DNA of 64,000 nt from Balanoglossus misakiensis (taxonomy: Eukaryota > Animalia > Hemichordata): positions 3,107,154 to 3,171,153 of the forward strand of contig CM082598.2 in NCBI GenBank assembly GCA_040954595.2, given 5' to 3'. Position numbers and translations under genes: made by a program. A model generated the notes under the pieces. That model saw only the letters and a program-made list of their open reading frames with translations. It did not search any database and was not told where the DNA came from. Positions 37,543 through 49,484 of this stretch are shown here, one piece after another. The first letter of the stretch is position 1; each line of letters starts with the position of its first letter.

Positions 37543-39310
37543 GATGCTAGGACTGTGCTTAAAGGTATACGACCACCTCTGCAAATTTAACCACTGTTAC
37601 CATGGAATATTCAAATCTAGCAAATCACAGATTTTAATATCAGAAATAATATAGTAGTCACCGCTCCCAAACTTCTTAAGACTTAACACTCAGGTTTTAA
37701 ATGAAGTCAATTGACGTTTTCAATACAGTTCAGTGCCTCATACCAGTTGGGAACGCGAACGGGTGTTCGAAGAATAGGATACATCGTTTTCATTTCACCA
37801 TCTCACTTGTACAATAACGTGTGGAATCGATAAACGACAGTCAAGTGTTTAAAAGACTGGCAGGAAATCATTGAAAATCAGTAATTGAATGGATTGTCTT
37901 TACCGACGCGGGTTCAAGTATTGAATTCTCCCCAGCTTCTTCGAGCGAGCCACAAAGAACATCTTTTCTCCCTCTCTGCTGCCATGGAAACCGAGCACAG
38001 GTTGTTTAAACGGAAATAATCAACAATCCGAAACGTAACTTTAACCAGGGACAGTTGCGCAGAGATGCTTTGCGCACTGTGAAATAATCGACCATGGTTT
38101 TCATTATTAACTGGAGGAAGTAAAGTTAAAATATTAAATACATTCCATTGTGGTCTGCAGAAGATGCAATTCACTCTTCTATCTATTAGTCTAAATAGGT
38201 CCTCTCACAGACAGATTAATCTGCCAGCCGATAGATAAATGGGCGTTTCCTTTTCTCAAACTTAAAGCCCCAGTAACCCTAACTTAACTTTAGGGCCATT
38301 TTCCCGTATTATTGTTTTTGGTATCAACTGGGGTTTCTTGTTCTACTCTCTGAATTGTTGATTATCTCACGCAGCTTTTTAGAATGATTGTCAATAAAAA
38401 TCACAGCGAAAGAATTTTCATAGTACATTGCGATGTGGATGTCGACAGGGGGAACATTCTTGTAAAACAACAGGAAATTGGCTCATTGAAGATTCAGCCG
38501 ATTAGCAGGTGGTGCGCGCCAACGATTAGACTGGGCAAGATACACAAATTAGAGACCTCTTGTGCCCTGTGTTCATTTCAGCAGAAATCGACACACGGCG
38601 CTAATTGCGCCGAGCGAAGCCCTCATCGGCGTTTAACTCGCCCCGGTAGACAACACAACCCGCGGCAGAATTGCAGCACAGCGCGCGTTGAGATTTCGCT
38701 CACGGTGCCGGGGTAAGAAATCACACCCCATTGACTCCCTAACTCCGCAATTATTCGCCTCAAGTTCTTGATTAAACGTCAGTTCTTACGCAGGGATGCT
38801 GAATTTGTACCCCCGTGTGACGTCACAACAGGTCCTCTGAGGTAAAACACCGTGATTTGCGGAATTAAGCGTGAAAATGCTTGTTCGTCAGAGGAATTTG
38901 AATTTATACATTGTAACTTGAAAACAAAGTTAAACATCTATCTACACAATTGATAACCCTCTTAAAATTTACCACAGTAAGAACATTTAGCTTAAAGACC
39001 ATCTAAATGTATAAAGGTGTAAGTAATATCTCCCCAAGTTAGACAACTGTCTGTTATTCTAAGTTAAGAAACAGTCGATTTTATAATAAAGGCGTTTGGC
39101 GAAGATGACGATCGTTGAAGCACGAAATCGATTAGGAACGAGAGAAAATCGTTCGTTAAAACGTATTCATTCGGAGAAATCAAATTCAGCGATGGTATTT
39201 TATCCGAAATCTCAACAGAAACTTTTAACATTTTCAAGTCGATTAAAAGGGAATACTAAGCGCGTTCTCTTGTTTGATGGTACAGATTATTAAACTTGTA
39301 CTTGAAAACA

Positions 39311-39462
39311 ATACATACATACATACATACATACATACATACATACATACATACATACATACATACATACATACATACATACATACATACATACATACAT
39401 ACATACATACATACATACATACATACATACATACATACATACATACATACATACATACATAC
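39311..39462. repeat. (ACAT)n microsatellite
   Basis: Read directly from the sequence. Confidence 0.97.
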
Positions 39463-39794
39463 AGTGTCACACGCATGCATACAAAAAAGTAATATGTAAA
39501 ATATTTCTATGGTGGTTTTCTCTGTCTTACTCTTACGGCTGATTATTTTCATGAGACAATAACACTTTCACTCCAGGCCAGATTAATTCGTTTGATCATG
39601 TCTTGAGCCCCGAGGTTTTTGCAGACTTGATATCGATCCGGGGGGGAGAAGAGAAATGAGTTGATCCATAAGAGCCCTTTGTATCTGTATCACTCAGAGC
39701 TTTCCCATTCTGTTGAAAAGTGCGCGCCTCTTGGGTGCAATAGTCATGAAAGCCTAAGTGTTACTTAGCTGTATTGAATTAGAAGCGAGATCGG

Positions 39795-40000
39795 GTTGTG
39801 TTGTGTTGTGTGTTGTGTTGTGTGTTGTGTTGTGTTGTGTTGTGTGTTGTGTTGTGTTGTGTTGTGTTGTGTTGTGTTGTGTTGTGTTGTGTTGTGTTGT
39901 GTTGTGTTGTGTTGTGTTGTGTTGTGTTGTGTTGTGTTGTGTTGTGTTGTGTTGTGTTGTGTTGTGTTGTGTTGTGTTGTGTTGTGTTGTGTTGTGTTGT
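39795..40000. repeat. (GTTGT)n microsatellite
   Basis: Read directly from the sequence. Confidence 0.97.
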
Positions 40001-41318
40001 GGAAGAGTTTGGGGGATGGCAACTGTCCTCACTCGCGATGGAGCTGGAATTGTTGTCTAGGCGACGGTATCAAATCACAGAATCATGATCACCATAGTGC
40101 AACGTAAGCGTCCATAGTCAAATCGCCCTTCTTGTTGTCTGTACGTTGTTTCAGTAGCTTTGCGTAGAAAGTTGTAAATGACCGTGCTATAGTTACAGTC
40201 TACCCGGACAGGCGCACATTATAAAGACGTTTCGGTATCGTAGAGAGAATATCTTAAATGCGTAGTAACGCGATAGTGGATTGACACAGACGTCTCCTGA
40301 CCGGCAGGCAAGCTATAAAACTTTGCTGAAATTCTCACAAATATTAACCATCATTATTCCCGCCATTTGAGCAAATGTCTCAAGTTTGTGTCGTCTAAAT
40401 ACTGCGTGGGAATATATCCTTTCCCAGGGAGACCTGATCAGAAACAGCCTGTGAGAATAAACGAGAATCGTTTTGCTATATAACGATCGTTACGTGCACA
40501 TAAACCGCTTTCTCGTGGGAGGCAATGACGCCTTTCTCGGTCGCTACTTACGGAATAGCTAGACACGCACGTAAGGAGTTTACATCACCGTTAAACAATC
40601 CAAAATTAATAAAACGCAGAGTCAGACGAGAAAATGAATCAATATTTGGTCATTTTTAGCGTTTCTCTAAACGACTGTGGTTCGGTATTTACATACCTAA
40701 GGTGCTTGCGTCGCCTGCTAGCTTTCTGTTTAAAGCATTGATGTTGTATAATGTAAAATATGCTGTCACTATGTCGTGTTGGGTCAAAATCCATTCCATT
40801 CGCATTCAAGATGGTGTAAAAACAGCCTCCACAAACTGCGTGTTCGTTCAACAAAAACACAATTAAAGAAAATTTGTTTGAACCAATATTGTTCACATTG
40901 CCAATCAGTTCAGTTCATGTAACGTTACTCAGCCCGAGTACTTTATCTTCGGATTTAAAAGGCGATATTTCTGGCCAATAAATTAACATTAAAGACTTGA
41001 ATACCGTTGCCGAAAACCTTCTTCACAAAGCTCACCGACTGTATTGCCGAGACCTCATAGTTGTTAAACCGCTTCGCCGATTACAGATTACAGTTTAGTT
41101 GATAGCAGTACATGGCTCAAAGCTGTTGGGTCGTTTTATTTACATTATCGTCAATGATTATGTTCACAGTGTAGAGCTTGAAGACATTCGGGCAGCCATT
41201 TGTCAATGAACAAGAGCGTTTATTGACCCGATATATTTTCATTATAGTAGTTGTATGTATAAATTTAACATCCAATTCATTGCCAATAGCGGAATTAATG
41301 TGTACGCTTAGAGGGTGG

Positions 41319-41418
41319 GAGAGAGAGAGGGGGGAGACAGACAGACAGAGAGAGAAAGAGAGAGACAGAGAGACAGAGAGAGAGAGAGAGACAGAGACAG
41401 AGAGAGACAGAGACAGAG
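41319..41418. repeat. (GA)n/(GACA)n microsatellite
   Basis: Read directly from the sequence. Confidence 0.9.
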
Positions 41419-42458
41419 TACAGTATAGCAAGCATACTTTTTTCCTCCAAGATATTGCACGACTTCCATAGCTTGTTTTAGAACGCAGAATTACCAAAAA
41501 AAAAAACTGCCGAAGCGCCTCGGGGGGGGGGGGGGTTCTTTTTTCACGGGTTCAACAAAATCCACGCACCTGTGTGAACCTGCTTGAGGAGTGAGTTGTC
41601 AAAGGAATTAGCCAATCAGAGAAATGTAAACCTTGCGATGCCGCTTCACATCAGCTGACTGAATGATGGCATAGGTTAGGTATCAATCGGAGGGTGAGTG
41701 CTTCACGCTACACGGTAACACGGAGCCGTGATTTAGCTTAGGCCCTACTAGTATACTGATTACTTGAAACAGAGCACTTCGCGCGGTTGTTGTTTTGTTA
41801 CAAAATGGCGCCCAAGGCAAATGAGGATTTGTGCGGATTATGAAGAAATATTTCGGTTATTTGCTACATTTTCTTAACCTTTCAATAGGCTTTCACACTG
41901 TATTAACGACACTACACTAAAAATGCAACAAGGAAAGTGGCGAATTTTCCAGAAAGACGCCACCTACGTTCACAATAACGTGATCACTCAACCCGAAAGA
42001 ACAGGGAGTTGTTGTCCACACTGTCAATGAGGGCGCTATATTTTCCTGAACAATCAGTGCAACTTTCTGCCAGTGTTGGTAAAGCGCCAGTGAGCATTGT
42101 TTCCGTGGATACCAGGCGCTATATCGTATCGTATCATAACTTCCGCTGCAAAGCATGCTGGGTATGGAAAGTCGGTAGACTCCAGCTCGTTTTGACTTGT
42201 TTGTGACGTCAACGAACCATGCTATCGAGGCACGGTATAGTGTGAAATCGTCCTGACACGTATCCGTTTTACCGCCCTCTTCAGGTCACTCGACCTCTGA
42301 TATTTACTTATAGGGCCATGCAAAGAAAACCGTTTCCGGTCAATGCGCATCACTTCAAAGGCGCTAAAATCAACCATTTTAATCTTAAAATACGCACGAT
42401 GACATATACTGGTAGTGTTTTCTTTTTATCATTTAATAAAAGCTCTTTGGCACCGAGC

Positions 42459-42691
42459 TTAAGGTAGATGACTACCCAGATGCAATGCTGGGTTATCACC
42501 TTCCATAAGCGTATGCATGAATTTTGAGAAAACAGTGTTACAATATTGTCATTCTTGAAATTTACACAAAAAGAAGAGTATTATTAAATGACATAAAGAA
42601 AACACCATGTCACCATATTTGACTTTTTGATAGAGCTGTTCAGATATTTTCACCAAAGGAAAACCGACTTTTGACTAGTCCACTACCTTAA
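42459..42691. mobile_element. TTAA-flanked MITE remnant
   Basis: ttaaGGTAGATGACTA ... TAGTCCACTACCttaa imperfect TIRs; a related end ttctgggtagtccactaacttaa lies at 54711-54733. Confidence 0.6.
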
Positions 42692-43393
42692 AAGAGAGAG
42701 TTCTCGTGTACTTTAAATAAGTATGGGAAGAACATCAAGACTTCGCTTCTGAATGTTCAATTAATGTTTCTAGGCCAAACCTGATTAAGTTATACACTTA
42801 TAAATTCAATTCCCAGCAGCCTCCGAGGAAGAATTATTCCCATTTTATGACTCTCTGTAGTTCCACGTTTTCCCGACGCGATGCTTTAAGGGGCAGCCTT
42901 GGGGATTTCTCAAGTTTGTTACCAACGCGAACAGTTAATAAATTCATTTAACGTTGCCTCCAGGGCAACGCGTTAGCGTCTGTTTTCATAAAAGTGATGA
43001 AATTTTTTAGCGTATAGGCAGCTATACAAACAGCTTTTTGTCCACCTTCGCTGTAAGCCACGGCGAAATGAGGCTAATGAACGTGTGTGCATTTCAGCAT
43101 GATATATACATTCCATTCTGTTCACGCTAATTATTCATTGTCAAAAATACTTTATTGTCTTTTAACGTGTGTATTTCATATAGGACGTTGACTTAAATTA
43201 AATTATTCATATAGCTGCAAGGACGAAAGCTTTCCCTTTAAAATTCTATATTACCTCATGGCAGTAAACGTTGAGGCGTGAAAGAATGAATTATAGAAGG
43301 CGGTCTTACAACTGGCTTTGAAACGAAAAAAAAGAACATCCTGCCTATAACAGTGAACTGAAGAAAACGCGGGAACTTTTGGCGCCAGCGTGG

Positions 43394-43566
43394 CTACTCC
43401 GGACCGTTGCGTTGATGTGAACAGTATTCGGCGAGTTCCTCCCAGTTGCAGCCAGTCGTGTCACTGCAGCATTCCTCGGTGGGACTGGCACGACGAAATC
43501 TTGTCATTCTCTTGTTCATGTCGTTATTCTCCAGGAAATCGTTCGCTTTGACTTGATCCAAAAAGG
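43394..43566 (-). CDS. Ilp7: dilp7-like coding exon 3: C-peptide + A chain
   Basis: (TC)n tract then ctcag|CC TTT TTG; RFRR furin site; CC-x5-C-x8-C A chain; AATAAA (minus strand) at 43151-43156. Confidence 0.93.
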
Positions 43567-46500
43567 CTGAGAGAGAGAGAGAGAGAGAGAGAGATAGACA
43601 GAGATAAATTATCCAATCTAAACTGTTGCTCACTTGCTTACTGGCTGACATTTTTCAGCCCAAATGAAAATGCACAGCTCAGTACTTGACCTTTTCGACT
43701 TGTATAAGTGTTATTTTATCCTAGAAAAAACTGTACATATCATTAACGGCGTATTTTCCATCAAAGGGACATTAGCTGTATATTTTGGCTTTATTTCCAG
43801 TATATGTTCTATGTACCAAATTGCACTGATTTCTTGTTCTACTCCAAACAACATGCTATCCCCCAGTACTAAGCTTGTCAACATAGCCTGTATGTGTCAA
43901 TAAGCTGAATCGAATAGGCCCACTGGGCATTTCGTCATGTTTCGGGGATTTGACTAAGAAATTGCTGCAATAGATACACAAAACAAAAACTGAAAACATG
44001 GCGAAAAGTTACAGCAATAATTCTAAACGCTCACGTGTCGAAATCACATTTGAAAAGTGCACCACCCACTCTGAAAAGGCAAATGTTTCTGAATCTGTGT
44101 CCGTTGTAACATTTATACAGAAAAGTCGCGCGGCTGCCTAGAGGTAAAAATGCAGCAACACATCCTGTTAATACCCCCTCCAAGCCAACGAACAAAATCC
44201 TGTGTGCCCGTGGATTAAGGCTGCATGATTGATAGGTTCATGACTTCACGGTGACATTAAAACCGCAATCATTCATCAGACGCCATCTTGTTCTTGGACA
44301 GATAAGAGGAAACGTTGTAGTCAATTTGTTCTTATTAAACTTACGTCACGCAACGCTGAATTGTGGTGAGCAAAATATATTAATGATTTTTTTTATTACA
44401 TTAAACAACAACACTGTCTATGACCCCGTGAAATGATATCATAATTCTCCATCAGAGCCTCCGATATAGATTCTGCCGGAAGCGGGCGGAGAGACACTCA
44501 GTATGTGACCTAATGTCACGTGAAAGCGCCATCTCTGATAGCGCCCTCTGTGATGCGCGACAACCAACATGACTTGTCATTCCGAGCCTATTGACATCAG
44601 TTTCTGACGTCACGCCTGTGAGTCTCCCACTGTAACACTACCCAGCAAATCAGGTTACAGAGAAATAAATGGAAATTTCGCTTTCCACCAGCACATGTAC
44701 ACAGTTGAACTTATGACCACGCGGGAACTGGGGATAGCGTTGCGGGAGTGGCTGAAACCAGACTCTATTTAACCTCGTCCCACGGGACGTTTCTGGGTGG
44801 ACAGGAAATTACAAATCTTCCCCAAAGGGTGGATATAACCCTCGCTCTGCACTTTCCGTTTTCAAGACAGCTTCTACGAATGAAACATCTAGTTAGAACA
44901 GGTTTTACGAGTTTGGTTGTTCAGCATTAAACCCCGATAGCTGCCAGTTTTTGCATTATTTTCAAAATTTTAGTTTCAAACTTAGAATATTAATGTTCCA
45001 CTTAAATGAGTCAATTGATGGGTAAACATATTCATATTATCAACCTCTGATAGGGCTATACATGAAAATAATAAACGGGTTACGCACCCGTTTATTCAGT
45101 CGGCCATTGCAATAATAGTAATACCGCACATTGTATGCGCACATGGGTATTAGAATATCCAGAAATATTGTCGTCTGTCGACTTAGGATAATAGAATAAG
45201 GTAGAATTTTTGTATCGTTTATATTGTGCTTTAAATGGCAGGCACTGGGCTTTAATGCTTTGCTTTTCTGGCTTTAAATTCGTGACCGATTGTCCTATTC
45301 TTAGAGATCAGACTATCAGACTATAGATCAAGATGGCTGATAGGTTTTTAGGGATGTTCTGCTCCATCAGCGCGCGAAAATATCGAGCGAAGTGAACATG
45401 GTTGCTCTCTCCTCCTATGGCACCTGGGTATAAGTCAAGGACCAGCGTATTTAGCGCAGATGCGGATCCTCCACACGTGTATGGAGATACTTGAGTGGAG
45501 GGACGCGTGTGGTGATAGACGGAGCAAAATTGCCTCAATTTGAAATTCAAAATGGCCGCCAATGATCGCTGTGTTCAATCTATAAAAACAGGACGATGTA
45601 CACCAAGACTCCCAAAACACTTTCATATAGCAAAGAGTTGACACATTTTGAGGACTATGATAATTTTTCCGCAAATCTGTGCCGGGGGCGCGAAAACAGC
45701 CGGAGACAAAATTATTTGTAGACTTAACCACGCATTTTATTTTCTGATTGTTATTCTCATGACCGGCCAATGCAACAAGTTCCAACTGGCTTATGAAGGC
45801 AGTGGTATCCATGGCAACAACAGTTAAGCTTCTTTGCCTGAAATAACACAGGATAATCCAACACTCAAGATGTTTGTTTTATGCAAGTGTTCATCTATGA
45901 CCTTAAGCATGTATAGAATTTCCAGGGAGATTTCGGCTTTTTTCTCAGTGATTTTGCGAGACCAGCTACCTCAAACCGCCATGAAATATCGCGAATATCT
46001 TTGCCATTAATAATTTTTTTGTATTAAATTTGACAGCAAGCTGCATTTTTCACTAATTTGCGATTTATTTTCAGAAAACAATTTTTATGTTACTAAGATA
46101 CTGTTTACATATCTCTTCTTTAAAATCAGTCAAAAAATTAAAACGCGATTTGATGTTCAACTCGTCCTTGCTGCAGGATTTGTGAACGATAGCCTTCTTG
46201 ATGACGTAATTTCTGGTACGGACCCCGTACTACATCATTTCTGGTACGGACCGCATACTACATCGTCAGGTTGAAGTACATGTTTTCTGGGGCAGCTGGT
46301 TTATGTTAGATTTAAACCACCTTCACGTTCTCACACGCAGCAAAACTAACAAAGAAATGTCCCAAAAGGGCGATTTTTTCTCTCTTTAGAAATCGCTGTG
46401 CGTGTTTGATATCCGCGTGCGAGTCAATAGTTTCGTCAAGGAGGCACTGTATATAGAAGCAGTTTCTCTAGGGTCTATAATAGAAGCAATCAGAGTGGGT

Positions 46501-48223
46501 GGGCGTGGCCCCTTAAGAGTGTTAATCTCACCAACTGATAAGTACAGCACCTGGGATTTATTCATAGCCAAGGCCAAAGATTATTTTATCAAAAACCGTG
46601 ATAATATTTCGATGTCGAAGTGGCCGAAACAAACATTTAGTTTGTCACTTTCATGATTTGCTATCTTTTTTAAAAGTCTTCTTTGAAGTGTTAACATTGT
46701 CAATACATAATTTTTTACATGTCTGTCTAATGACATATGCGCATGCTCTTAGCGTGTCTTTTGAGACAAAGGCAAGGTTTTTTTTCAAGTGCAACGTTAG
46801 TGTCCGAAAGCTGGTTTATGTAAATCCAGAATTTTAACGGCATATGTCCACTCTTGGTCTAAGAGCAAATATATCACTTGATGACGTATCAATAGCCGTG
46901 GCTCATATTTTTTTTTGAAAGTCCGGACATCACATAGTTCAATAGACGATTGTCCGTCTCGAGATCTCGCATAACAAGGCATATGGGAGGAAATACTCGT
47001 GTGACACGTGACAAACAACACGTGGCCCTTTATGTTACCGCGGCACAAAGGTCACAATTTTTGGTTAAAATCTTCACTTATTCTAGTTTCATTACACAAA
47101 GCTTGATTTCTATTACTTGGCTATAGCAACCGTTGTTACATTAAGTAAATTGAAAACATAATCCAAACTTACGAAGTTCAGCTCTTTTTTTCTCGCCTAC
47201 GGCATAAATGTCGACCATACAGGCAAAAATAACGTAACTGTACAGCGAGTTCCTACATTTCTGGTGTGTTTCTGTGTGCCAGACGTCATGCCATTCACTT
47301 TCCGTCCTGCAGAGACAAACAGACAAATGCCATGAATAATTAAGCGTCACGTGACTGCCGACATTTCCTAGTCTTTCCTTCGACGCCCTGAAACTTAAAA
47401 GACAATCTTTAGGGTTCGCATTGCAGTGGGTGAGATCAAGGAAGGGAGGCTGGGGGATATTCCTACATAATTACAACCAGCCTTGTTCTACTTTTGACTG
47501 AATTCTTCGAGATCTTCGATACAGCTTTCCCCTCGCAATGAATAAAACTTATAGGTAGGGCTGAAGTACATGTACTTTACAAATCGCGCGGTCATCCATC
47601 ATTTTGAGTAGCGACTAGTGACATGCACTGAGCATCGACCACATCAGAGAAATAGAGACCAGTTGTTGAACCCCCTACGCTGTGGTCATTGAACCGCCTC
47701 GCCCTATGTCGTATTTTCACTAGTCTAGCATCTCGCCGTGTGCTGCTCGCTTTGTGGCCAAAACCAACGTCTAGCCTTGTGTGCCAATGGCCCAATAAAA
47801 CCGGATACCTCCTTGCTGGGCATTGTGATGAATCTAGCGTCCCTTTGGAGTCAATCACAGACTTTCTTTCCCAATGATTGGACAAAGGATATACATATGT
47901 GTAATTAAGGATGGGTAACAGATTAGCCCTGCCTTCAATATAATCTTACACCCAATCAACATTGTTCAGTTTATGTGTAATTGACTTCAATGGCACGCTA
48001 GTTACAACACAACTCCCATCTAGAAGTATTAGGATTTATTATACGTTACTAGATTCGGAAGCAAAGCGGACAAAACACGGAGACCCTATTTTCACATGCA
48101 CACTTACCGACTGCCGTATTTGGCGATGAGATCTTCCACTGTTTCGTATGTATTAACTCTCTTTCCTGAGATTATCACGTTGAAGGCTAAGCAGACCGCC
48201 AATATCGTTAATAGTGTTCTCAT
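43394..48223 (-). CDS. Ilp7: dilp7/relaxin-like insulin-family peptide precursor, 3 coding exons (48223-48108, 47306-47173, 43566-43394), 140 aa
   Basis: MRTLLTILAVCLAFNVIISG-KRVNTYETVEDLIAKYGSRTESEWHDVWHTETHQKCRNSLYSYVIFACMVDIY...KKRAELPFLDQVKANDFL...RFRR-ASPTEECCSDTTGCNWEELAEYC. The W..VWH.ETH..CR, AC..DIY and GC.WEE.AEYC motifs are dilp7-type. Splice phases 2 and 1 match. Confidence 0.9.
44927..45255. mobile_element. TTAA-flanked MITE remnant (ttaaagccc...ctgcc family)
   Basis: ttaaaccccgatagctgcca ... tggcaggcactgggctttaa; related ends at 7056-7118, 29541-29560 and 38262. Confidence 0.5.
47173..47306 (-). CDS. Ilp7: dilp7-like coding exon 2: B chain
   Basis: ctgcag|G ACG GAA...CTT C|gtaagt; C-x11-C B chain. 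Confidence 0.92.
48108..48223 (-). CDS. Ilp7: dilp7-like coding exon 1: signal peptide + N-terminal extension
   Basis: catttcag|AAA ATG AGA ACA CTA...GGC AGT CG|gtaagt; this frame is absent from the ORF track. Confidence 0.88.
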
Positions 48224-48861
48224 TTTCTGAAATGAAAATGTAGAGAGAAAAAAACTGAGCTAAATTTTGAAAGCAAATTGCACCGAGGCGCGATTGTAGC
48301 ACAGTAGGCGAAAATCGTAGTTTTGTTGCTGCAGAGAGTGAAGTCATCGTTTTTTTCTTTTGAAACAACACTGAAATGAAAAAGGTGTGGTCTACAAAAA
48401 ATTACCTGAACAGAGTAAAGCGTATTTTATACTTAACTGGGCACAGCGCATCAAATATGTTCAGTTACTCTCCGGTTGAAAGCACACAAAAGGCAAAAGT
48501 TGAAAAATGACACGTTCACAGTACAAGTCCCGATGGCCAACTACAGGTTTAGCTTAAGCCAAAGTATGATTCCAAATCTTGTTGATTTAAGGCGCTACGC
48601 TTGTATTTATAACGAAATATCGTTTCTAGAAAATTCTAACATTACATTATATTATATTAGGCCTACGCCCACATAAACAGTCGCATGGAAAATTCAAGAA
48701 AATTAGCCCATTTAAATGAGCCATTAAAAATCGTGATAATAATGCAAACATTAGCAGCTATGGGGGATTTAATGTTAGATAGTAGTAACAGAAAAAAACA
48801 ACAGATATTGTAGATGGCAAAGTTAGTCACTCGGGTACCGGTGTCAGATGATGTGGTCGAT

Positions 48862-48908
48862 TAAATCATGGACGTAAAAAGAGAAGGACTTTTTACGTCC
48901 ATGATTAA
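48862..48908. mobile_element. Perfect hairpin, probably a collapsed TIR element with TAA target duplication
   Basis: taa-ATCATGGACGTAAAAAG-agaagga-CTTTTTACGTCCATGAT-taa. Confidence 0.55.
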
Positions 48909-49255
48909 ATTAATGTAAGGAAAGACCGCCTCGGCCAGAGCGTTGCTTGACGACGGTCGCCAGCTTCGGTGGCATGGCGATCAATAGGCGATTTGATAGA
49001 TACATCCGGTCGGGAGACCGCCCACTTGGCGAATCATGGTGCCGAGGCGGAACCCCCAAAATGGGGACGGTCAATATTTACCGTGCTCTCTCGAGACACG
49101 CTGGTCCCGTTGAGGTCAAACGGCCAATAACGCATACTGCAGAATACGTCACTAGCCCAAATTATGATCTCATCGGCAGTCGAAGTTCGTCATAAAAGGT
49201 CGTTGAGTTCTAAGTTCACATTTCGCAACACGCAAGAAATCTGATGCAACATAAA

Positions 49256-49484
49256 TGTATGTATGTATTTATGTATGTATGTATGTATGTATGTATGTAT
49301 GTATGTATGTATGTATGTATGTATGTATGTATGTATGTATGTATGTATGTATGTATGTATGTATGTATGTATGTATGTATGTATGTATGTATGTATGTAT
49401 GTATGTATGTATGTATGTATGTATGTATGTATGTATGTATGTATGTATGTATGTATGTATGTATGTATGTATGTATGTATGTAT
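49256..49484. repeat. (ATGT)n microsatellite
   Basis: Read directly from the sequence. Confidence 0.97.

Noticed and set aside
37252-40107. Cys/Val-rich and MYVC/HTYI ORFs (also at 10163-10538 and 49244-49760)
   Set aside because: They are stop-free translations of GTTGT and ATGT microsatellites.
46209-46264. 28-bp tandem duplication
   Set aside because: A simple local duplication in an intron with no sign of function.
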